Assembly: GCF_006345805.1 (NCBI RefSeq)
Contig: NW_021831665.1
Span: 1 to 33,708 of the forward strand
Origin: Octopus sinensis
Lineage: Eukaryota
Direction: 5' to 3'
Length of the DNA stretch: 33,708 bases
Part shown: positions 23,870-33,708 of the stretch, piece after piece
How the letters are laid out: each line of letters begins with the position of its first letter
Numbering within the stretch: the stretch's first letter is position 1
Notes under the pieces: generated by a model
Seen by the model: only the letters and a program-made list of their open reading frames with translations
What the model was told of the DNA's origin: nothing
Database searches by the model: none
Program-made: the position numbers and the translations under genes

Positions 23870-24030
23870 TCACTTCAGCTTGTCTCTGCGAATCGTGTAA
23901 AATGCCCTGCTCATATCAATGCCCAATATTATGGTTACCATTTCAAATTTTTGGCATATGGCAGGAATAGATCTACCTCCTTATATTACATCTGCAATTG
24001 ATCTTCCAAATCTGAATCCACTTTGAATGA
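23870..24030 (-). mobile_element. Short LINE reverse transcriptase fragment
   Basis: IQSGFRFGRSIADVI and LGIDMSRAFYTIRRDKL (QSGFR.GRS and D...AFDT motifs) in different frames. Confidence 0.55.
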
Positions 24031-24217
24031 TTAATTTATTTTTATTAATAATAAAGTAGCTTTATTCAAATAAAATTGTATCAAATCGAAAGTAATTGGA
24101 GGATCAATAAAAAGTGAAAAAGTAGTCAAATATTGTTTAGTTTAAATTGCAATTTAAAAATATTAAATTAAGTAGAAAAAAATAAAATTGAATAGGTTAG
24201 ATTTAATTTATAACTCG

Positions 24218-25406
<1,189 letters not shown>

Positions 25407-25519
25407 TTCATTACTATCATTTATTAAAACATTTTTTAAAGCTTTCTGCGAGCTATAATATGAGATAGTCAAAATTTGAGAATTGGCCAATATACTAAGA
25501 AAATTAATTTTTATCTTAG

Positions 25520-25554
25520 TAAATTTCGAGGTGGCCAATTGCGAGAGTTCACTG
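25520..25554 (-). mobile_element. Solo pogo-like terminal repeat
   Basis: Minus strand TA-CAGTGAACTCTCGCAATTGGCC resembles TA-flanked CAGT-type termini. No partner found. Confidence 0.35.
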
Positions 25555-26312
25555 TATTCAATTCTAACAGTATTTAAAATAATTAGTAAAGTAGTAAGAC
25601 AAAATTTCTCAAATAGTCAAAATCCTCAAACGATAAATTGGCTCGACAACATCCAACCACTGCCTGACTTGACCAAAACCCTCAGTGCCCAAACGATTCT
25701 CCACGGCAATCATATCTTTAACGACTCCCAACCCACCCAACTCCTACCACTCACACCACACAGGATAACTCGACATGACTCTTCCTTAGATATATTCCCC
25801 GGAATGTCCATTAATTCCATCACAGTCTAACATTTGTTTAAAATTTCCCGACACTTCATCAATTCATAGGACTGAACAACTTTAGTAGGCAAAGACAACT
25901 CTTCTATCGACATATTGAACTCCGCTCTCTTCTCCAAAGGAGATAATATATCCGATTTATAATAACTTAAAAGGTCCCCATAAAAAGTACTATGGAACTA
26001 ATTCTTCACTATGTCTGCAAAGGTTTGAGCATCCTTACGGAAATGTCGTCACTATTATTCCAAAATTTTCCAACAATTTTGTCAATTTTAAAAATAGTGA
26101 GGGAATGGGGAAGAAGGTGCATTCTAAACGCCAAAAAAAGATACTAAAAAACAATTAGTTAATTTTTTGTTTGAAAAATATTTGATTATCTTATTTTTGT
26201 CAAGGATTAAAATTGATGACAGCTGTCATGATTGGAGTTTCGGACGGTTTCATTCTTGGCGCTCAACATAATATTTTCCAAATTCGATGGCAACCAATGA
26301 GAGGTACAATTA

Positions 26313-26877
26313 CAGTCAACACTCGTTAATCCGAATCTCAATAATCCGAATTTGTTTAATTAAAATTACAAATTTTGTAACTTGATCCAAATTTGATTCA
26401 ATGTTTCGAAAATTCAATAATCCGCAGTCCGAACGATAGGATTAATATAATTTCAATTAATTTTGTTTATTATTATCAAAAAAATAATTTTGTTGATAAT
26501 TTTTTGTATTAATTTTTTTTTCAAAATTAATTAACAGCACGCTTTTTATAATTCTATGGTTAGAAAAATGACCGAAATTTATCTAAAAGAACAGATTTGT
26601 TAAATCAAGGATTCGATGAAAGTCTCGCTGAATGAATTGTCTCAAATTATTAGAAGAGAATTAAACCTGGACCTAGAAAATTCTACTTTATCTGAAATTT
26701 TAAAAAATAAAGAACAATGGAAAAATAGTGAGAGTTCAAAGCTTCTAAAAATCATTATCTGCTTGAGAATTTATTGATAGATTGCTATCTTGAATGGATG
26801 TTATTAACGGTTACCTGACTGATGAAACATTATTACTAAAGCAAAGGAATTTGGACAAAAGCTAAATATTGAAGATT
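26313..26877 (+). mobile_element. pogo/Tigger-like element, left end and CENP-B-type HTH remnant
   Basis: TA followed by CAGTCAACACTCGTTAATCCGAA, then LSQIIRRELNLDLENSTLSEILKNKEQW and KEFGQKLNIEDL-like segments. Same family as 20070-20950. Confidence 0.78.
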
Positions 26878-27479
26878 TGCAGGTTGATGGCTGTCCAGTT
26901 GTCGTGTGACTGGTGTAAGACTAACTCACAATTTCCTGCTGTGACAGAGAAAATACTCGATGCAGCATTTTATTATAGAAAATCTCCGTGTTTTTCCCGA
27001 TATCTTAGTTCACTCCGCCGGGTCCTGTCAGAGGGATTGTTTTTCAGTGTCAAAAAACGCCACGGCAATTTCGCCAATATATTTTGAAGCATTTTTTTAA
27101 ATCAGTATGCAGTGATAAAAATATTTTGTTGATGAATACTTCGTTTTCATAACATTTGATTGGCTTCAATTAAGATTTATAAATATTTCTAAAATGAATT
27201 GAATCAATATTTAAAAATCAAATTTCTTCGAACATAATCGGCCTTCAAAGTCACTCTTGGTTTTCTTGAATCTAACATTCTACTTTACAAAATAAGACAT
27301 CCATCTATAAGAAGCTATTTGAAAAAGATATAAAAAATCTCAGAAAAATTAACGACCAACTAATGTATTTATTTTTTCAACGTTAAGAAATATGAGAAAG
27401 AGAAAAGTGTAATAAGCGACGAGAAGATTGTAACTTTCTTTTTGTTGCAGATTTGAAATTATAATAATAATAAACGTTA

Positions 27480-27710
27480 AAAAGGCCAGCTCGTTTCGCG
27501 ACTGTCGTGACTCCTCTTCGAGATGATTAAACCAATCTCTAAAAGAAGTTTGATAGTTTTAGGGTCAGTTACCCCTATTGGTTTCGAGAGCCAGGGGGAC
27601 GAGGCAACAAGTGTCGGTCAATTAAGCATATTTTGTCCCATCTTGAACGGGAATAATGTAGACCCGTCAGAAAGTTTTCCGTCACCGCGATCTATCTGCA
27701 TCATCCTTTG
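27480..27710 (-). mobile_element. CRE/SLACS-type retrotransposon restriction-like endonuclease fragment
   Basis: RGDGKLSDGSTLFPFKMG (RPDG motif) and IGVTDPKTIKLLLEIG..SKRSHDSRETSW. Confidence 0.7.
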
Positions 27711-28254
27711 ATTAATCTTATTTTTAGTGATAAAGTAATTTTTAAGATTGTTGACAAAGCCTGCATATATTTATTGCATAATTGTTATTTACGCGTCAAA
27801 AACACTATTAATAATAATAATACAAATTTCGGAGAATATTCTACAGTGCCGGATTGACCAATTTAATGAATTTACGACGTTTAGTGAAATTTTTCCAGAA
27901 AAATGGATACTTGTGCATTTCATACATCACCAAATAAAGCCCGAAATAAATTAATGAAATTTTTTGAATATTAGGTATAAAATTAAAAAATAAACAATGC
28001 CGATTTAACTATGTTTAACGACAGCGAAGCAGTCAACAAGGCATTTTTTAACCTCCACAAGTTGTCTAAGAACATAAAATTTACGTCGGCAATGATTTTC
28101 GACGACATAACAGATTGTCTGACTACATATTGCCAACAAAAATCAGATGAATCAAATTTGATAACTCGAATTTGAAAGTGACTAAGGCCTTTTTAAAATG
28201 TAAAAAAATGAACAATGCAAATTATATAAACATTTTTAAAGGAGTGGAAGAGCT

Positions 28255-28440
28255 AAAAATACGTACTTCTTTCTGACGCATACGAGTTTGTCCCCCTTGC
28301 TTTTAGACCACTGGCGTGCTAAGTAAAGAAGCGGATTGCGTATGCTCGGCGATAAAATTGCCTTGAAGACGCATGACCGAAGGATGCGAGCTGCCTCTTC
28401 CAATCTCTATTCTACGCGGAACTGCCTCTCGATCCGCAGT
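28255..28440 (+). mobile_element. CRE/SLACS-type REL C-terminal fragment
   Basis: AYEFVPLAF..TGVLSKEA..LGDKIALKTHD..ISILRGTA across frameshifts. Confidence 0.6.
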
Positions 28441-28489
28441 GCGTCTTTGCGGACTGACCGGCAGGTCCCATATAGCTCTAAAAAAGCTA

Positions 28490-28560
28490 AACTCGTTTAT
28501 TTTTCAGCAAGATAATGACCCTTGGCATATTTCAGAAACAATAATTAAATATATAAAATC
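28490..28560 (+). mobile_element. Tc1 catalytic-domain scrap
   Basis: FIFQQDNDPWHISETIIKYIK. Confidence 0.5.
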
Positions 28561-28568
28561 CAATAGAC

Positions 28569-28882
28569 CAGTGTTTCTTAACGTCGTCCCCCGAAGCATG
28601 TTTAGCTCAATTAATTTTTATAACTGAAAAATTATTTATTCATTTGAATATTTAATTAATTTTATTCCACTTTTTTTGTTATTTGATTGTAATGGTAAAT
28701 CGCAAATGGATTGATTCTTATGTCTAATATGGATTTACCAAATATACTGAATCTGAAAACGTCGATAAATCGCAGTGTATGATTTGCGACGTCATAATGG
28801 GAAACAACTTTTTAAAAAAACATAAGGAAAAAAATCACCCACAGAATGCTGACACTGTCGAAAGTTTTATTGCAAAGAGAAC
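28569..28882 (+). mobile_element. hAT (Buster/Charlie-type) left end with BED zinc finger
   Basis: Terminus CAGTGTTTCTTAAC is preceded by CAATAGAC (NNNTANNN target pattern). WIDSYV*YGFTK..SQCMIC..KKHKEKNHP. Confidence 0.75.
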
Positions 28883-29610
28883 TTGGAAGTATATACTCCA
28901 AAAGGTTGAAAGATTATTCGTCGATTGTCAAAAATTTTATGGAAGGAATTGAAAATCCAATTCTTGTTGGAGACTTAAATGCAAAGCATACTGCATATGG
29001 GTGCGTGAAGTCAAATCAGGATCTGTTCAATTATTCTTGGATTCCGAATGTCAATAGACTTTTTGTAAAATATTGATGTTCCTGTGCCGGCGTTAGCACC
29101 AGGATGCCAAGGAATATCAATCGAGCTGTATTCAGGAATAGTGATACTTCCAGACGGCATGCCAGACGCTATCAATCAGCAACATTAATTGGAATCATTT
29201 CAATTTTTATATGTCTATGAAATTGGCAAATACTCAAGAATTGAAAATACTAAATCTTGACGAGATCAATTATTTGGATGAAAGAATGAGAAACATTATT
29301 CGAAGTTATCTGGAGGACTATGGAAAAAAGAGGTTTCTCTTCTCGTACAAAAATCGATTGATAAATGAAGAACAATCCAAACTACTTGGTGAAAAAAGGA
29401 ACGTGGAAAGTAAACTAAAGCGGTGTTGGGACCCGCAAGACGCTATCTTCCTCAAACAAAGAATAAAATCGATTAAAAACTTATCAGAGAAAAGGGGAAA
29501 AGGAACAAGCTATTGTCAATCAATGTTTAAATCAAAAAATGGAAACAATTTATGTTCTACATGGATTGATGTTAAAAAAGCCTTTGATTCGGTCGAACAT
29601 TTCCCCCTCT
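28883..29610 (+). mobile_element. Rearranged APE-LINE ORF2 mosaic (endonuclease piece, inverted piece, linker, RT scrap)
   Basis: 28883-28948 matches 32800-32865 (1 mismatch) and continues ILVGDLNAKH. 29022-29155 is the reverse complement of 32612-32745 (2 mismatches). Then NINWNHF linker and WIDVKKAFDSVEH. Confidence 0.75.
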
Positions 29611-30065
29611 TGATAATCCTTCAGATCCATTTTTGTTGGATTCTGAATCTGTTCTTGAATTGATTGACGATTATCATGCTTCTTTCCGCATTCCTATTCG
29701 AATCCAAAATCTCCCCGTATTTCTGCGGCCCAAATCTTATCCTCTCTAATCGATTCTGTCATTTCCGACCCATCCATTTCTAATTGGAATTGTTTATTCC
29801 TTTTTCCAACCTTTGCGTTGGGCTCCTCTGCCCGTCTCCCCGATGATTCCTTTGTTTTTATCTTTAAAAAGAATATGAGTCAGTTTATGAAGGGCTCTCT
29901 CGTTCCGTCTCTCTCATATAAAATCTACTTCTAAACCCTCTTTGAAGGATGCTTTACGGTCTCGGATTAATTCCTGTTTAATGTCGAACGATGTCAGCGC
30001 GGCTTTGACTCAGCAAAAAAGCTGAAAATTTTTGTGTAATTTCTGGAAAGCTGTATCTTTCAAGA

Positions 30066-30565
30066 AAAGATTTGTTGCAGGTTTTTTTTCCATTTATCCT
30101 TTAGACAGAACAGAAGAGTCGATAGTGGAAATCGACGAGTGCAAATTTTTTCACAGAAAGTACCATCAAGGTCATGGGCGACCAGGCCATTGAATATTGG
30201 GTGGAATAGACAGGGAAAGAAAGTGCTTTTTTGAAAAAGTTGCAAGTGCTTTTTTCCATTTATCCTTTAGACAGAACAGAAGAGTCGATAGTGGAAATCG
30301 ACGAGTGCAAATTTTTTCACAGAAAGTACCATCAAGGTCATTGGCGACCAGGCCATTGGGTATTGTGTGGAATAGACAGGGAAACTAGAAAGTGCTTTTT
30401 TGAAGAAGTTGTAGGTTCTATTTGCATTTATCCTTTAGAAGAACAGCGGAAACATTTAATGAAGTTATCGTTCGACGCGTACTTCCCGGCACCCATATCA
30501 TTACTGATGGTTGGGCCGCCTATAATGGGATTACGCAGATTGGAGGGATTTATTCACAAATATGC
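30066..30565 (+). mobile_element. Merlin (IS1016/ISXO2-like) transposase fragment with internal tandem duplication and a 24-25-nt intron
   Basis: IVEIDECKFFHRKYHQG..WVLCGIDRETRKCF..RTAET..VLPGTHIITDGWAAY. Intron copies at 30081-30104, 30246-30270 and 30415-30438. Confidence 0.85.
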
Positions 30566-30589
30566 AAATTTTCAACCCCCTTGAAACTT

Positions 30590-30670
30590 GTGGATGAAGA
30601 AAATAATGTGATTGCCCATCGTCCAAATGAAAGATTTCAGATGGATTTAATTGATCTGAAGGGGTTTCAA
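30590..30670 (+). mobile_element. Ginger integrase scrap
   Basis: VIAHRPNERFQMDLIDLKGF, homologous to FASCPNERFQIYLIDLKSF in the 6456 element. Confidence 0.6.
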
Positions 30671-30697
30671 TTATGGTATTGTTTATTAAAGATTTAT

Positions 30698-31247
30698 ATA
30701 TTTTTGCCGCGGTAGCCAAGAATTGATCGACGAATCAATAGAGGTTCGATCGATATTTCGACATTACGATTCAAATCTCGTGCCAATTGTTTATCAAGTG
30801 CTCTTGGTCTGGTACATCAAGCATCTTCTCTGACTCCTCCAAACTACCCAAAAATTGTTAATTTCTCTTGGAACAACATGTTATGATATAGGCAGCCCAT
30901 GCAAAATTAGTATACAATTGGATGATCTACCGATTTAACATCAATACTATGATTTTTTATTAAAATTGTTTTGTTACTGTGGTCCCCCAGAAAAATTCAA
31001 CAACCAAAGTGGTTCTCGGTTAAAAAAGCCAAGAAACACTGCAATAGAGCATGTTTGGGCGATATGAAAATAAATTATTGGCAAATCCAGCCAAAAAATT
31101 AAAAGCTTCCAAAAACCGAACTCTATGTGAAAAATAGAAGACTAGTCATATTTTTTGCCTCGGTAGCCAAGATTCATCGATGAATCAATACATTCGATCG
31201 ATATTTCGACATTACGATTCAAATCTCTTGCCAATTGTTTATCAAGT
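30698..31247 (-). repeat. Two about 100-bp diverged copies (30698-30799, 31148-31247), probably Tc1 HTH remnants
   Basis: Direct nucleotide similarity. The minus strand reads LDKQLARDLNRNVEISI..LGYRGK. Confidence 0.55.
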
Positions 31248-32193
31248 TGAAGTCTCTCGTAGAGGCAAATGGGGATCGTGGAAATGGATCACAAACCATT
31301 CACCGTATACAGAAAATGTGTGGGGTCACAGTCGGAACATCGTGAAAAGATGGCTCGACTGTTGAGAAGTGTCGGAATCACCTGAACGTGTTAGTTAATT
31401 GTTAAGACGGTGATTTTGTTTGGCTTAAATAATAATAATTGTCACCAGAAAAATTAGAATCAACACTATTAAAAAAACTCGTGAGCGTTATTTTAATAAA
31501 AATGGAAACTAGAACTATAAAAATAAACTAAAATTACTAAAAATGATCAATATGGTGTAGAAGAAAATAAATTTAATTGAAAAAATTCCATAGGAAGGAG
31601 ATTATTAATTGATAAAATGAATACAAATTTACTTGCAAAAAAACCTTATTCAGGATATTTTACAAACGGTCCAATTTAATTAATCTTCAAATATATAAAA
31701 ATGATAATATTATAAAAAAAATATATTGATAGCAAGAAATAATAAAATAAGAATTAACACAGGAATGCACAACACAAAAAAGAATACAACGTGCTTAACA
31801 CGTGAATAATTTATTTTATTCGATTGATAAATTAGGAAAAATATAAATAATAAATAAGATTTAATAAAAAAATTAATATCTTAGTTCTGTTTAAACTTGT
31901 AGGAATTTAGTTTCAGCCGTTTCACATTAGTGAGGACGTCCGGTGTACCAACATACCAATAATGGCAATTCACATTTAGACATTCATCAATTTAGAACTC
32001 TTTTAGGACGAATTTATAGATTTCTATTTGGTTAATGACGGAAAGTTAGACAATAGACAATATAAACAAAATATCTTTTTATTCGGATCATATCCGTCGA
32101 TAACGTATCAATACAACTAACATAATTAAACATAAGCAAACTTTTTGATAACGACACGTCCGCGTTACCCATACTATCGTCTGAAAATGCTAA

Positions 32194-32865
32194 AATCAAC
32201 CAAACAGACATAAAAAATTTACCCTTGAAGCATGGGCGGGATGGAACGTTCCAAGAGTTAGGAAAACAGTTGAAGTTGGAACACAGACAGAGGAAACGAC
32301 TATATCTCACTCGGCGGTGCAGACTTTGTCGACTTCAGGAGCAGGGTCAATGACGGGTCGACCTCGAGCTGACTTAATTAATGAGCTCGAAAGATCTATT
32401 AAGGACATGACCAGAACTAAAAAAGATGCCAAGTTTTTACTCGGTTTGGTGGCTCTCCTAAAAGAGGGAAGCAGCCACCAAATAAATCAAACGTGACCAG
32501 GATTACCCTGGTTAATGCCCGCTCTCTTCGAAAGCGGGCAGCAGAGCTGATAGCTCTTATCAGCACAGTTCAGATGGATGTATTTATCATTAACGAGACG
32601 AAAATGAAGAAGTCTGGAAGTATCACTATTCCTGGATACAGCTCGATTGATATTCCTTGGCATCCTGGTGCTAACGCCGGCACAGGAACATCAATATTTT
32701 ACAAAAAATCTATTGACATTCGGAATCCAAGAATAATTGAACAGAATGTATGTGAATTAGCATCCATTGATTTAAAAACTTCTATTGGATGGATAACCGT
32801 TGGAGGTATATACTCCAAAAGGTTGAAAGATTATTCGTCGATTGTCAAAAATTTTATGGAAGGAA
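32194..32865 (+). mobile_element. APE-type LINE: ORF1 3' end (stop TGA 32494-32496) overlapping ORF2 endonuclease in the -1 frame
   Basis: The ORF1 frame is open 32194-32496 (..VGTQTEE..LINELERSIKDM..FLLGLVALLK). ORF2 reads ITLVNARSL..DVFIINETK..IPGY..GTGTSIF..VGGIY (APE motifs) and is truncated at the CRE junction. Confidence 0.85.
32433..32482 (+). promoter_or_regulatory. Candidate -1 programmed ribosomal frameshift signal
   Basis: G_TTT_TTA in the ORF1 frame (32433-32439), a 5-7 nt spacer, then stem TTTGGTGGCT (32445-32454) / AGCCACCAAA (32473-32482). Confidence 0.5.
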
Positions 32866-32869
32866 AGGA

Positions 32870-33690
32870 AATGATCGCCTTGTGTCTTGGAAATTGTCCT
32901 GCACTTCTTCGACAAGAGAGAGCATGGTGTCCGTAACAATCGACGGTGGCCCCACACCGGCATTTGTGAGTCCGGCAAATCTCCAGTCCAAGTCTGGTGC
33001 TGATGTCAATTCGGACAGTATCGTCGTCAAAGTGAGTTCCGACACTATCAACGGGGAGTGCATTGATCCAAGCTCCACTCGATTCGCATCTTCCAGTCAC
33101 TAGACAGGCACGTCTGTGTTGGTTTGACTGGTTCAGAAGCCTCTCGTATTTATCCTCGCAGATGGTCTTTCAGTTTGGAGTTGGAGAATCATCCTGATCA
33201 GCAGTTGGTTGGAGTCCAAAGAGGATAGATATGCGGGGCGAGCCAGATCATTCGGAGAAGGGATTCCCAGTCCGCCCAGGTTAACGGGTAGGGTCGCTTG
33301 GTCCCACCCTTGGTCGTCGAATTTCACATTCGTAATGCGTTCAATTGTGGTCCGAAAGAGACGATCGATATTGTCGAGCTGTTGCGTTTTCAGGTAGCAG
33401 GGTCACCCCGAAGAACGTAATTTAGTTTCTGTGCTGACAAGGCGTTTTTTAGCAGGAATAGGGAGGTATGTGCGTCTAGCAACTCCAAACGTCTGAAAGT
33501 TGTTTTTAGTTGATGTTCTTTTGTTATTAAAGTGTTACTGATTCCTGCATCAGTGAGAGGGCATCCAAGTATTTCTAGTTGTTCTGGTTTGGTTTCTGTG
33601 GCTTTAGGGATGATCTCTCTGAATGTTGACAAATTATTTTTTAGCAATTACAATTGTTTGTTTCTTATTTGGTTTTAATCTAGAATCTTT
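32870..33690 (-). mobile_element. CRE/SLACS-type non-LTR retrotransposon fragment (post-RT region and CCHC finger)
   Basis: LEILGCPL..LFLLKNALS..QATLPVNLGGLGIPS..AYLSS..SGAWINALP..RLGL..CRCG..GHHALSCRRSAG. Confidence 0.88.
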
Positions 33691-33708
33691 TAGTAAAAAA
33701 ATTTTTTT

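Noticed and set aside
29022-29155. L1-type twin-priming inversion
   Set aside because: The inverted piece is embedded between two forward pieces and derives from upstream sequence, which is not the twin-priming geometry.

Overview
AT-rich eukaryotic nuclear DNA using the standard genetic code. Its GT-AG introns are ultra-short (about 22-33 nt, mostly 24-26), so most real genes are invisible to the ORF track. Together with an axonemal dynein, a complex III subunit and Arp2, this fits a ciliated, aerobic, genome-reduced animal such as a dicyemid mesozoan (inference). Host content: an intact UQCRH gene (3 micro-introns), a divergent cathepsin L-like gene (6 micro-introns), tRNA-Thr(AGT) with a 2-nt-short T-arm, a large DNAH7-like pseudogene, an orphan Arp2 C-terminal fragment, and 2-3 decayed paralogs of an unknown membrane-protein family. 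The rest is dense transposon debris: Ginger (one copy with TIRs and TSD), IR/DR Tc1, MULE/FLYWCH, pogo/Tigger, hAT-Buster, Merlin, APE-type LINEs and CRE/SLACS-type REL retrotransposons. Most interesting observations: (1) a candidate -1 ribosomal frameshift cassette in a LINE ORF1/ORF2 overlap; (2) host-sized micro-introns inside transposase genes; (3) a MULE flanked by a perfect 79-bp duplication; (4) recurrent templated-insertion scars at deletion junctions. All homology calls come from manual translation and motif recall, not database searches.
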